A DNA stretch of 64,000 bases. Origin: Raillietiella orientalis. Its lineage: Eukaryota. Each line of letters begins with the position of its first letter. Within the stretch, counting starts at the first letter, position 1. A model generated the notes under the pieces. It did not search any database. It saw only the letters and a program-made list of their open reading frames with translations, and was not told where the DNA came from. The stretch spans positions 124,001-188,000 of the forward strand of contig JAYWIR010000044.1 of the NCBI GenBank assembly GCA_036172245.1. Direction: 5' to 3'. Positions 1 through 12,779 of this stretch are shown one piece after another. The translations under genes were made by a program, and so were the position numbers.

Positions 1-389
1 CAGGGGTGGGGGGCGGCGGCGAGGCGGCGTCGCGGGAGAGGAGGCCGAGCGAGCGAGAGCAACCGGTCGGTCGCCCCGGAGACCTTCCGCCCTCCACCCT
101 CCCGCGTCTGGTCGGGCGCGTCCGTCCGCGGACGCTCGTGCGCGATCCTTCCGGAAGTGCGAGATGCCGCCTTCCCTGTTGCCGGGAGACCGCCCCTTCC
201 CGGTGCGTCGGGATTTCTCAACGGGACCGCCCGGTTTGAGCAGGCAGCTTGCCAGCAGGGTCCAGTTGCGACGGGGTCACGCGACCTCGGACCCGGGAGT
301 CGAGCGGGTGAGGGGAAGGAGCTCCTTCTCCGGGCCGGGCGACGGCAGTGCGAGACGGATCGGGTCAAGGGTGCGCGCACCCTGCTTAC

Positions 390-474
390 CTTCGCTTCCT
401 CCGGCGGCGGCGCAGAGGTCCGGGGACAATGTCGCGCCGTGGATGAGCACGCCAACCAGCACGGCGAGCGCCAT
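390..474 (-). CDS. Probable first coding exon of a secreted or membrane protein (signal peptide MALAVLVGVLIHGATLSPDLCAAAGGSE); the gene continues beyond the window start
   Basis: Minus strand reads gtcgccATGGcg (strong Kozak context), encodes a hydrophobic N-terminus and ends at the canonical donor GAAG|GTAAGC. Length 85 nt = 28 codons + 1, a phase-1 intron typical of signal-peptide exons. Lies in a CpG-rich region. Confidence 0.6.
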
Positions 475-488
475 GGCGACGCGGGCCG

Positions 489-530
489 TCACTCCTGCGG
501 AGGGGCCTCCGGCCGCGAGCGCCCGCTCAT
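489..530 (-). other. Upstream ORF (MSGRSRPEAPPQE*) in the putative 5' UTR
   Basis: gccATGagc...gagTGA on the minus strand, stopping 14 nt before the exon ATG at 474. Confidence 0.5.
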
Positions 531-1709
531 GGCAACGCGGACGCACTGGCGGGAGCCGCCGCGGCAACGGACGACGGGCGCGTGCGCCTAGAAGCTGTCT
601 CTCCCCGAGGAAGAGACGGGCGCACTCGCAACAGTAGGACGCCACAGGGGGGGCGCGCGGGAGGAGGGGTCCGCACCGCCCCCAGCGCAACCTCGCTGAC
701 CACCCGCCCTCGCACCCAGTGCGCACGCTCGGCGGCGGCGGCGGCGGCGCTCCGAGTCTGCCGCGCGAGCGCACCTGCGCAGCTCTGCGCGCGAATGCAG
801 CCGGCGGGACGTGCGCACCCGCGCTCAAGATCGCGCGCATGCGCAGGGCTGCGGGCGCGCGCGCCGGGAGGCCGGGAGGCGACGTCTGGCGCGCGAAGGC
901 TACGGCGGTCTCGCGGGAGGAGGCGCGGGAGCGCTCCAGGTCGCCCGGACGGCGAGAGGGAGATTAGAGACCTTTTCTTTTTTTTTCGAGGGGGGGGGGA
1001 GGAGAGCTTTACGTGCCACTGCGCCAGGGGCTGCCGCAGGGCTCGCACCATCCTGACGCAGTGGATTCCAGAAGGGCCGCTCGAATCTCTTGGATTGCGG
1101 GAGGCTTCCAGGGGACTCCCCGTTCGCTCGTCATCCGCGCCGCTGCCTCCCGAGAGCGGGTTGCCAGGGACGACGGCGGCGAGGGGCATCGGCTTGGAGC
1201 GGCTCCCGTCCGTCCGATGTCTCTCCATGGAGACGTGCCGCGGGTCCCAAAATGATCGCGGGCGACCGTCATCCTTCCGATCCCGCAAAGAGGAGGGGGA
1301 CGAGCAGGAAGCCTCTGGAGAGCTGCCTGGCAACGAGCAGCTTCCTGGACTGGGCGACTCGCGGTCGGGTGACACCGCGGGCGGCGTGCGCGCGCCAAGA
1401 GGGGCGGCCGCTTCCTCTGTAGGTGGGTGGCCTGCCCTTTCCGTGACTCCGGGCTGCGGGCGGTCGCTGCCCGGGACGGGGACGAGGACAGGTCAGCTGG
1501 TGCGACACTCAGGCCGCGTGGGTGGCCTCGGGCACGCCCTCTGCTGACCCGAGAGCCGTTTCGGATCTTCCGCGCCGCATCACACTCTCTACACCGTGGT
1601 GATTCTTGGGGTCTCCGAGGCTCCTGCTACCCCGCTGCTTGGCGGGCAGGGTCGCGTCACTTCTGGGTTCCGAACGCTTGAGACGGGTGCCCGAAAGCAC
1701 TTCGAGGAT

Positions 1710-2045
1710 CAACGAGGATGACGACACCGCTGCTGCTGCTGCTGATGATGATGATGAAAAGGAAAAGCAGAGAAAGGAACGCTGTTGCTGCTTCTATTGT
1801 TATTGTGGTTATTGATGATGATGATAGTAGTGGTGGTGGTGAGGAGGAAGAGGAGCAGAAAAAGGGGCGAAAAGGAGAAGGAAGGAACGCTGCTGGTGCT
1901 GCTGCTGATGACAGTGAGGAGGAGAAAGAAGAAAAGAGAAATGACGACGGTGTCGGTGAAGACGAAGATGCAGAAGAAGGAGAAGAAGAGGGCACGAGGA
2001 AGGGTGGAAGGGAGGACGATGAAGGTGACGGAGATGGCGGTGGAT
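1710..2045. repeat. Low-complexity trinucleotide and purine-rich tract (GCT, GAT, GGT, GAA, GAG)
   Basis: Degenerate microsatellite runs are directly visible. Confidence 0.85.
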
Positions 2046-3375
2046 GCTCCCTCCCTGTGCGGCTGCTCTCCAGCGCGTGCTCCTCGAACCAAGAAGGGGA
2101 GATGCTGCCTCCGAGAGGGAAGACCTCGCCGGGTGTCGCGACTTGCGGGCGTCCCGCTCGCCTCGCGGGCAGACGCGGCTCGCGCCTGGTAAGGCAGGGG
2201 GCGTGGCGGTGCGGTCGCTCAGGAGGCGGGAGAGGGACAGAAGAACGCCGGGGAAGGAGGAAGGGGCGAGCGGTGCTCCCGGAAAGAGGTCGCGCCGGGG
2301 ATCGCGCGTGCGCGCAGTTTCTCTGGCGGCTTCTGTGGGAGGGCGGTCCCTGCTCGAGGTCAAGAGGGCGCGCGGGCGACGGGTTCCCGAGGCAACGGGG
2401 TGAGAGAGCGTGATGCGCCTGTTCGACCTTCTTCGTGCTTGCCGCGATATCTCCACGACCGCGGGTTCCCCCCTCGTGGCTCAGGGGCCGCGAACGCCGG
2501 CCTCCTTAACCAGGGTACCGTTCGAGGGCGGTCCGGAATTAACCTCCAGGAAGCCGCCAGAGTCTCGTCCTTCCTGCGTGCGAGCGTTTCCAGGGACGCC
2601 AGAAACGCGCGTCCTCTCCCCCTCGGGGAAGCCGCGCTCGCACGTCAGCGGTCCATTAAGCGATGAAGTCTCTGGCGTCGGGGGGGCTGACGTGCAGAAC
2701 CGCGAACGGATCGAGCTATACCGTGTCTATGGTAACGCGGCTGACTCGGGCGTAGGATTCGGGGTAAGTCGAGGCAGTCGTAGACGTCGCTTCGGCGCAG
2801 AGGGCCCGCATGGGATGCTCCGGTCTGCAGCCAGGCGACGTCACCGCCTCCTCGGTCTGGCCGCCGTCATCGCCCTTCGCCTCCCCCCAATGTCGTCTCG
2901 GGAAGACTGGCAGATCTGCCTCGAGGATGGTCATCGTCCGCTCGGCTTCTCCACCGGGCATCTCGTCGGGTTCCCGCCCGCCGGTGGCAACGGTTGCGGC
3001 CTATCCGGAAGATGGTCGCACCTCACCTTCAATCCCCTCTTCCTCGCTACCATCGCCATCATCATTTCCGGGGTCACCAGCGATGTGACCGTCTTTCCCC
3101 CGGCCGAACTGAGGTGAGATGAGTTCATGAAACAAGAATAAGAAAGGGAGACAAAACCTCTCGCTCTGGAGACCGGTAGGTCGCTTTCGCTTTCACTGTG
3201 ACCTGCGCGGGTGGAACACTACACCGTCCATGCCGCGTATTGAGAAATGCTGAACGGTCCAGGATGGGTGGTCACTTCCGTCAAACGCGAATGTTCAATT
3301 CTTTCTTCAGGAGTCCTTGCATGATGCCCCGGGCGTTGTTCGGGTGGTCCCTCGTCAGCTTGGTTCTCCCGATAG

Positions 3376-6300
3376 GTTATCGACCGGTAACGCCGGGGCA
3401 TCTATTATAAAAAATAATAAATATATAGGTGTAGCGACACCGGCCCTACATTGGCCGGACGTGTTCAGAACATGCCGAGTAACCGGCGCGCAGGTAGCGA
3501 GGTTCGCCTCGGCAGTGGAAGGGGAGGGGGCAAACAAAAATAAAAATAAAACAGAAAAATTTATACAAAAAATTTGGAGGATTATGGAAGCGATTACCGG
3601 GTTCTGGAGGGCGTCTCCTGCATCCTTTACAGGATGCCGGCAAGTTCCATTCGAGTACACCCCAGGCGGGGCCATCTAGCTGCCGTCCGCAGGAAGCGCA
3701 GGGCGAAGCCGATGGCGTCCCTATCGTGCCGTCCTCCTCCCACGTAGCTCCAGGACGCCACAGTCCCTCGTAGGCAGCAAAGAGCTAATAAGGATGCGGC
3801 AGGCGAAAGGGCGTCGCGCACGAAGACGCGCTTCATCACGTCCCTGGGATTATCCGTCGGTGCACCAAGGGCCGTGTCGTAACTCAACCACAGGGGCCGG
3901 AGGGCAATACAGTCTACGAGCAGATGCGGGAACTGGGATCCTCGTTTCCCCCACCTGCAACAGTTGGGGTGCACAACCCTCCAGGTCTAGTGAGAGCGGC
4001 AGGAGTGGCACGAGAGACCCCAGTGCAACAGCAGAAGTGCCGAACCTTGCCACTTCAGGGGAGGGGGGCGGTTGTTCATCAGCGCTAAGGGCCACTCGAG
4101 GTCTTTCTGTGGGATTATAGCAGCTCACCCCAGCGCAATAGTCCTATCGGTGGGGAACTTGGGGTCGCAGCTTCCGTGAGCTGGTCTGTGGTCCAACCCC
4201 ATAATCCCTTCTTCCAAGCTTTCACAACTGACCTCTCATTTGGCCGGCTGGTTACTGCCCAGGTGCTCCCTGATGGAGGGCAGTTCCGCGGCTAGGGCGG
4301 TTCTTTGACCCTAGGCACACGTGGTGGTCTGCATGGTGACGTCTTGCAGAGAGCGGTTGTTGTAGAAGTTGGTCGCCGCATCTCTGGGCTCTATTCGTTG
4401 TTCTTGGCCCATGTGAGAACGGTTCCCTGCAACCAGGCGCTACCGGTCGTGGGTCAGCAGGAAATTCAGGTGTTGATGAGGTGTTGGGAGGCTCTCCGAT
4501 GGTGGTTCTCCTTAGGAAGAACTCAACGATCGCCCTCACGGTGGCTTAGTGGGGGAGCACATCACCTACTCCTTCAAACAGCTTCGGAGGACTTCTGGCA
4601 TGGATTCGTTGGCCACTCCGGTCGCCTGCCGTACTAATTCCCAGTCCTGGACAAGGATGCGGCAGATGTTAGGATGAAGGTCATCTTCAGTGGACCCCCA
4701 GACAGACCACTAGTACGGATTCCTGGTCTAGTGCTAGAGGCTCGTGTCGCACAAGATGCCTCTTTGATCCTTTGATCAGGAGGAAGTTCTGAATGCCTGG
4801 ACTCAGGGGGATTCTCCACAGGACCGTCCCGGTCGTCCGTTGGTTTAGGCAGCATCTGTCAGCTTGCTCCGCATCTTCCGCTGCCGTGGCGTCTTCACGC
4901 TTGTTCAAGCTGTTGGTTTGAGGGTTCACACTGCGTGTGCCTTGGGCTTGCTAGAGCTCGAGGGTCCCGTGAGTTGTCCTCCCTTCTATGGATCTCTTGT
5001 AGGCGAGGACTCGCCGCGCTTAAAGAGAGTCCTTTGTCGGACATTCCTTTGCATTTCCACCTCTTCCTCGTTTTGTGGATCCAGGCATCCGTGTCCGAAG
5101 GGATGCTGATACACAGCGGGGCCACCTTGTCGAGTTCCTTGTTCTAGAGTTCTTTGCTCCAGGGAACGAGTGCTTCAGACCTTGTTCCAGACCTCGAATT
5201 TCAGGTCCCCTTGAGGCTCTGAATCGTCAGCCATGTAGGGTCAACACCTTTCCGGTCTCCCACTGGTCCCCATGGTAAACGTCAGGCCGTCAGTTCCGTG
5301 CGCCCCGCGCAGGCGTGGTGGAACGCGAACGTCGAGTCGTCCCATGCGCTGACTATTCCGGCCGGATGTCCTGGAGCTTCAGGGCAGTGGAGACGTTCGC
5401 CAGCGTCTCCATCACACCTTCGAGCTGGCTCCAGTCCCAGGAGAACAGGAGAGTCGAGGTCGTGCCGCTTCGCTTTGGCGCCACTCCCATCCAAGGATAG
5501 ACGTCTCCAGTGGCCTCAGTTGGAAGGTGGAACTAAGAGATTGCCTCGGGGCGATGGCGCGTTTCCTTTCCTCCCTTTTCCCTCCTTGGCGGCGTCCTCC
5601 GTGACGTTTGAGTCCTCCTGTCTTGGTTCGAAAGATGCCTGACCCCTCCTCATTGTCTTTTCATTTAGTTTTGGACGAAGATTGGGGAAACAGTGGGGAA
5701 ACGGGGGACGCATCCTTCCCCGCGATCTCCCGAACTCCCCGAAATTTTTCGGTCGTTCCCTTTTATTAAAATCCTGGAATTCCTCCTCTTTTATTTGCCC
5801 GAATCCAATAGTGCCGCGTGGCAGGAATGAGGAAGATTCCGGATGTTCTCATCTGAGGAGGAGGGGGGGGCGAGGGCGTTGCCGAAACCGCGGGGAAGAC
5901 ACCGCACTTTGCGGTCACCCGGACGCGCACACGCGCGCGGCGCCCCGGGTCCTTCAGGGAACCCGAGGGGCGCTCCTCCCAGGAAGTGAACGCGAGGTTT
6001 TTCCTTTCTCTTCGGGTACCTCGGAGGGAACCTGGAAGCGTCCCTGCCGAGGAGGGAAGACTCCGGCGGAATCCTTGCTTCCCGATTTGAATATTGAGAA
6101 AAATTGTCAAACATGGGAAAGCTCGAAAATCCTGCTGCATTCAGACGAGAGGCAGTCATTCATGGTCGCACGTGAGCCGGACAAAGAAGGAGCCTGAAAT
6201 ATCGTTTATTTGTTCTTCCAGATGTTACAGCAGCAGCAAAAAAAAAAAAAAAATTCGATCTTCATGCATCTCCTTTTTCTTTACTCTCCTTCCTTCTTTC

Positions 6301-8760
6301 CCTCCCTTCCAGCGTTTTCCTCTTTTTTTTTTTTCATTCTTCCTTCCCCCTTCCGTTCCTTTCTGCGGGCCACGGCGCGCTTATGAAGTTCTCTGTACGG
6401 TACAGGAGAATACAAACTTCCCTGGGCTTGAATCCTGATTGCTTTGACGCTTCCGAAGGGAGGAATGCCCGGTCCACTGGCGGAGCAATTCGGCTTCCCG
6501 CGGCCGCTGCCGGGACGCGGATGCCGTGTCCATCCAGGAAAGCTCGCTCCCTCCCCTCCTGGAGGAAGGCCTCACTGAGGAAGGAATTTGCTGTGAGGAG
6601 AGTTCCATCTCCCAACAGGAACCTGCGGGTGAAAATCACCGGCTGGGTGGCTGTTCCTCCGCTGTGTCCCTGGGGACAACGACTGAAGTAAGTCAGCAGT
6701 GGCGCCGACATGTGCGCCTCCGGAAGGTGTGCCCCCATTCCCGCAAGCGGCGACGGTGGGCGCAGAGCTGGAGGCGATGGACTTTTTTCTCCCAAAGCAC
6801 AGAATTCCAGGTGCCCTTCCTCGAGGACCGCAGAACCGGATCTAGCTGCTCGGTATTTCTAGCGAAGACCTCGAGTGGCCTCAGTGTACAAGGATAGCAG
6901 CGCCACAGCCCTGAGGTGGCAGGATTCGGTGCTTCTGCTGTCGCACTGAGGCTTTCCCGACTACGCCCGCCGACATCATTGGAGGCCGAGGAGGGCGATC
7001 CCGGACTGTCTCAGGTGCGGGGAATGGGAATTCATCTCGCACCTGCTAGTTGACTGTGTTGTCCTCCGGCTCCTATGGAAACGTTTCGCAACGACCTTCC
7101 GGATCCCGGTTGGCAGCCTCAGAGACCCAGGCGCTCTGCATCTGCCTAAAGAGTCTCACTCCAGCGCAGATTCCTTTTCTGATCGGATCACCCTTCCTCC
7201 CTGGAGGAAGGGAGGGAGAGGGAGACTAGACGTCCAAAAGGCGAGCAGTGACTTTTTCTCCTCCTCCTCCTCCCTTTCGTCTCTTTCCTTGCTCCTCCAC
7301 CCTTTCTACTCTTCTGTTTCTCCTCCTTCTTTTCTCCCCCTCTTCGCTTTCCTCCCTTTTTTTTCCTTTCCTGAACGCATGGTTCTCCGTCTGCTCCATC
7401 GCGGAGCGACGCCACGCTAGCAATTTCCGGATCCAGGTAGTTCGCGGAACACCTTGCGGATCCTATGCTCTTCCCAGCGGGTTAAGGGACGCGTGGTGCA
7501 TCTGGAGAGCGACCACCGCCTACTGCTTCCACTTCAGCTTCAGCGTGAACAGGAGTGACCTGGGGATTCCGGAAGCTCAGCTCATCCTCGTCCAGGAAGA
7601 TCGGGCCATCCAGTCCGCAGCTCTTCTTCTCGATTGGAACCAGCGTCATGTCGGGTTTCCCTGACGGCACCGTGGTCACAGGAAACGCCTCACTGGGGAA
7701 GACGTTCGCCTGGAAAGCCGCTGCCGAGTTTCGCTGCCTCTTCGTGCAGCTTCGAGCCGAGTCCCCAGGTGCACCATCAGGCCAAATGCATCGCTCTGGA
7801 CCTGGTCGGCCTGCCAAGTGTTCGTCCTCGAACGATATCTTCGGCAGAATGAAACTCCTTCCTTGAAACTCTTCCTTCAGCCACTCCTCGGACGCATCCT
7901 ATTCGAGAGACCAATGACAGGGTCGGAATTCCCCGATTCCTCGTGATGTGCTCCGCAAACCCCCGAGATGTCTTTCGATCAATCCAGACCCCTCCACTTG
8001 GCTCCCATTCCTAGCGAGTCACTTGAAACCGGCCCGAAGGCGGGCGCCAAGGCAGTCGCTGGCTCCTCTTTCCTCATTCGACTTGTGGGTTCGGATCCCC
8101 ACGTGGGAGAAGCGACGTCGGGAGATGGGGTGTGTCGTGGGTTTCCAGTTCCCTCCCCCCGCGGAATGACGCTGGTTGACCTCACAGGCTGCGGGTGCAG
8201 CACTTGTGGAAGAAGCTCCCGTTGTTTCTGGCTGGGATTATGAAGCTCAGGCTCTGAGGCGCTCCGCAGGGTGCTACGACCACCAGACACAACCACTACT
8301 GCATTTCTGTGCTGGCTTCTCCCTCTGACCTTCCTTACAAGAAGAGCAAGGGCGGGATGAACTTGCTCCTACCCACCTCCCGCAAGCATCTCCTTTCACA
8401 CACCGCGATGTTCCACGAAGGTTGTGGCTCTGGCAGCTTCATCTGGAGCTCCAGAAATTGCGTTCCAGCCTTGATGCACCCCCAGTTGGCCTCGTCTCTC
8501 CGGACCAGTGGTGTCTCCTTCTCCCGCCGAGTTGCCTCTTGAATAACCCTCGTTCGGGGAGCCTTCTGGAGCCATCGCGCCGCCGATTTTGTGGGTTCCA
8601 GCGCGGACGCGCCGCAAAAGAGCAAGGAGGAAAAGAGGCAGTGCCTTCAGCATGCTGGGATCAAGGCTTGATTTTCCGGAAGGGTCTATTGAAAATGTCT
8701 CTTGTTCCGTGTCTCGGCTGCTGATGTGTTCGAGTTTTTCACTGACGGAGTAGCGGAACA
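3376..8760 (-). mobile_element. Decayed, interrupted near-full-length L1/Tx1-like non-LTR retrotransposon
   Basis: Collinear frameshifted motifs on the minus strand. ORF1-like GTQFLELQMKLPEPQPSW plus CxxC (~8300-8500); APE-like GDFN and SDH remnants (CDHGAV, ~7400-7950); post-RT LxxPxxxAGMG...LLTYFSR (~6400-7140); zf-RVT-like C-terminus (PNCCRWGK...PHLLVDCIALRPLW, 3627-3974); then the family 3' UTR. Interrupted by a SINE fragment and low-complexity DNA. Confidence 0.65.
8030..8190 (+). mobile_element. tRNA-derived SINE, 5' fragment
   Basis: B-box-like GTGGGTTCGGATCCC followed by the family motif GGGTGTGTCGTGGGTT...ATGACGCTGGTTG. Confidence 0.6.
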
Positions 8761-10869
8761 TTTCTGATGCCGTGCGACCTCTCAAGAAGCGGACGTGCCT
8801 GGAGCTCAACCGGGGAGGCAAAGCTGATGAGAACTCTGTTGAAACGAGGGAACGAGCAGCGCGTGAAACCGCTGGAGCTTCTGGGATGGGCACTCAGGAA
8901 TCGCAGGTCAGGGAAACGCGTGCTTTTCGGGTCTCCGTCCCGCGTTCCCATTGAAGTTTCCTTCCGTTCCCCTCCACCGCAGAGGGCGATGTCCCGTCGG
9001 TTATTTCGGGAGTGGATTGATGAGAAAGTCAGGGTGCTGCTGCTGATGTGGAGGGGGAGCAAGGTTGTGCTGGCGAGTCTGGTGTCCTAACAGCAGCACC
9101 AGACTAGGCGCCGTTCTCCTGCCGGCCTCCCCTGTATTGCAGCAGCAACGAGGCTCAGCGAATGCGTTGCCTTCTGCACCAGCAGGAACCCCACCCAAGC
9201 TCATGCCGCACAGGACAAAGAGGCCACCGACATCACACTTTGTAGTACAGCCTGCTCAGCTGCACAGTTCCTGGGACAGTGCATCAGATCGTTGCGAGCA
9301 TAGTTGCCAAGCACCGCTCCGCTCCGGGCAGGCTGTCACAGGACGGTTGACTCCCGCTGGCAGAGAGCATCTCCGTAATCGCTACTCGTGTCACTGAAAG
9401 GGCTTCTGCTGCTCTCAAGCTATTGGTTCTTCTCACTGAAAGCATCCATCGTCCCATATTTCGGTTTCTTCCCCCTTTCCACGGCGACCGGTCCGAAAGA
9501 GATGGAGGACCCTTACGCGAGGAGTTCGATGGAGTTCTTTTTTTTCCAGTTCCCTTGGAACGGGTGTTTTGGCAGGAGCACATCCTCAAAGAGGCGCACA
9601 CAAACAATCGGCGGACTTGACAGTGGCCAACGGTGCGCACTCCACACACCCATTTGCGGGCGGAATCCAGGGCAGCGTCCTTCTGGGCGTGCAACCAGGA
9701 ACTTCCGGGAACTGAGTGCTGGAGATGCCTTCCTTCCTCCTCTTCCCTTCCTCCTTTTCTAGTCCTCCCTTCCTCCTCCTTCCCTTTGCTGGCGGATGCC
9801 AAGGCAGCCTCCTTTTGGGTGCACTTCCAGAAACTTTCAGGAACTGCGTGCTGAAGAGACTCCAGCAGACGTGTTGCCAGCAGACGGTTGCTTCCGAAGA
9901 AAAAGCGGCGAAGGTGACGATATCGGAAACAAGATGCTGATGGTCTTCTCCCTTGCGACTTGATTAATGGGAAGCTCCCAGCACTTTGGAAATCATCCTG
10001 AAACCTGATGAGCAGTTAATTGGTCTCCATTCATCATCTGATGTCCACAGTGCAAGCTGCGATGCCATCCTGCTGCTGATGCAGGACTCCCAATTACTGG
10101 CAGCACGTTGGCGCCTCAGCTGCGCGGCGGCCATCCGTCCCGTTCGCCTTCCTCCAGCTCCACGAACCGGTCGCGTCTGACTGTGGCTGCTCTCGGCTGC
10201 CTCTGTCCGTTAGGTTTCCTGGAGTCGCGCCATCGCCACCTCGACACGTGCCGGCGTGGAGCTGGCGCAAAAGAACCCTCTCCCCTCGGATCCAGTGGCG
10301 CCGATCTCCGGAACGGTGCTCGCGACTGAACAGTTTCTTCACCCCCACCGGGAACGCCGCGGAAACCCGACTATCTCCCAGGAGGGACCAGCAACCGATT
10401 GCGGCACTCCCGGTGTCGCCCACTCCATCATAGCCCTATCCTTCCTCCTCCTCCTCCGCAACTGAGGAATTTTTCTCTCTCGCCTTCCGGCCGCCCGCTC
10501 GACAGATTAATTTCCTCCTTGGAGACAGCTCGGGTCATTACCAGGAAGATGCGCCATGCCGCCATCTGTTTCCTTCCGCCCTCCGATGCAGCACGGGCAC
10601 GGCGCTCCCTCCGCTCCCACACTGCTGGGAAGCGCCTGTCGCTCTGGCGCGCCCCAACCTCGCTGCTGTAGAAGCACTGCCGCTGGCGAATCCTCCCTGC
10701 GAGCTTCGGGGAGATTTCCGGCATCTCCAGAGAAGATCGTAAGAACCTCCCTAGGGTCCCACGATCCGGATCCGGTGAAAAGGACTTCCAGCGCGACCCA
10801 GGACGAAAAATGATCCCCATTCCCGGTGCCATCTTCCTCCGCGTCCTTTCCCTTCCTCCCGCAATTCGC

Positions 10870-11280
10870 AACGGTCGCTGCCAAAACCATCATCATAGTC
10901 GACTCTTCATTGTCATCACGACCTCCCTCGTCCCCGCCATCACTCCTCCCGGTTGGCATTATCCTCGCAGTGTTCTTCGCCGCAAACGTCAAGGCCACCG
11001 TCATCACCGTTGGCTTCGCGACAGTTCTTGTCCTCGTCATCACTGTCGTTCCAGACCTCATCCATTGCAGGCGCCGCGGACGCCACAGTCGTCATCGTCT
11101 TCACCGTCATCGTCATCGTCATATCTCCAGCCGTCGCCGTCAGCATTTCCAGCACATCACCCCTTCCTCTTTCGCCTTCCCACGTCCTCCTTTCCTTCTC
11201 CTCCTCTTCCCTTCCTCCTCTTCCTCCTTTCCTAGTTCTCCATTCCTCTTCCTCTTCTTCCTTTTCTCCTCGTTCGTCTC
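10870..11280. repeat. Low-complexity (CAT/CGT)n and pyrimidine-rich tract
   Basis: Directly visible; similar CT-rich tracts occur at 7190-7370, 12085-12225 and 32050-32140. Confidence 0.85.
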
Positions 11281-12779
11281 CCTCTGCTCTCAGGGCGGGA
11301 AAAGGGTCTGCCTGGGCTTTTCTGGCTCCTCCGGCTTCTGTTTGAATGGTCCCGCCAGCCGTAAAGTCACTCCTCCTGACGCCTGACCCATGGGACTCTC
11401 CCGAAGTGGGGAGAGACGCCCTCTGGGAATTCCCTCCCTCCTTTCTCCGCGAGCTCCTTTGCCCACCGGAGCAAACCTTCCGCGTCCACCCGCGCACCTT
11501 GCGACCCCTCAAGGAGACGACAATGTGTCGGGGCTAGTCCTCCACGCCGCAACCAGCACCGCCACCATCATTAGCACTCTCACTGCCACCGTCTTCAATG
11601 ACACCATCATGGTCTCCAGAGGTAGCATGACGGTCGCAGTGGTCGTGATTTCCCTCTTCATCATGGGAGTGATCCGTCATCACCACCGTTGCTTCACCGA
11701 AGCCCTCTGCACCTCCGCGGCCGCCGTGACAGCGGCCGCCATTCCGAGCCAGTACTGCAGGGATCCAACGGGGTGCTGGACTTCCGGTTCCGAGGCCTGC
11801 GGGCGGATGTCGATCGACAGGACCCCACCATGCTGGCAGGTCACTCCTGGAAGGGGGCGACACGCCTCTCCTAAAGGAGGGCGCCAACGCTTCGCCTGCT
11901 GCCCTGCAGGAGAAGACTTTCCGGAAGCTTCGCCAGAGTGCCCTCGTCTTTTCCTGGACCTCGCGTGAATGCGGAAGCGCTCCTTCTCGGGTGCTCCAGG
12001 GGAGGAGCAATGAAATTTCCCCCTCGATTGAATAGCCGGAGAGGGAGACCTCAGAAACGGCTGCTCGATTAAAAACGGAAGTGTTTCCTCCTCCTACTCA
12101 GTTCCTCCTTTTCCTTTCCTCTTTTCCTCGTTCTCCCTTCTCCTCTTTCCTTCCTCCCCCTCCTTTCTTCCTCCTTCCTTCTTCCTCTTCCTCCTCGTTC
12201 CTCGCCCTCTTCCCTCTTTCTTCCTGGATGATGCGTTCCCTCGCGAGCTCGGGATCGTCGAACAGGTGCAGCGTCTTTCGAGTTCCGGACGGTGCAGGTG
12301 CGCGCAGCCCGCAGCATCTTTTTCCCAGGAGAGTGACTACTGGAAGCCGAACGGGGGAAATGCGAGGCCGGGATCTTTCCGCAGCTTCCTCTGCGTCCTC
12401 CACCCTTCCAGCTCCTCCGTGGTTTGCATCCCGGTCACGCCTGCTTGAGACTAAATAAACACACGGGAAGGGAACGTCTTTCGCATTCAGCGCAGGGAAC
12501 GCGCAGGTCGGCAGGGAAGAAAAAACGGGCGCACGAGAGGAAAGGGATCGCAAGTACCAGAAACACACACACACACACATAAAAGTGTAGAAACAGTACT
12601 CAGTTTTATACACCATCGTCACAGAATACCGACCGAGGTGAAGCAGCCACCGTGTGGGCAAGTGGAGTGGAAAAGAGGCTCAGTGCGTGTGACTTCTCCG
12701 GTCTGCGAACCGTAACGCGGCTCGTTAAATGGATCTAAAAAGGACGTGATTTCGCTCCCCAATGCGTGTGGCCAGCCCA

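Larger units (their letters stand above)
1..960. promoter_or_regulatory. GC/CpG-rich island around the putative first exon and promoter
   Basis: Much denser in CG and GCGC than the rest of the window, includes a (GGC)n run, and has no recognisable transposon remnants. Confidence 0.5.

Noticed and set aside
1718..2413. Acidic, low-complexity ORF
   Set aside because: Explained by stop-poor trinucleotide microsatellites.
8820..8850. CTGATGA...GAAAC hammerhead ribozyme core
   Set aside because: Stems I and III cannot be formed from the flanking sequence.
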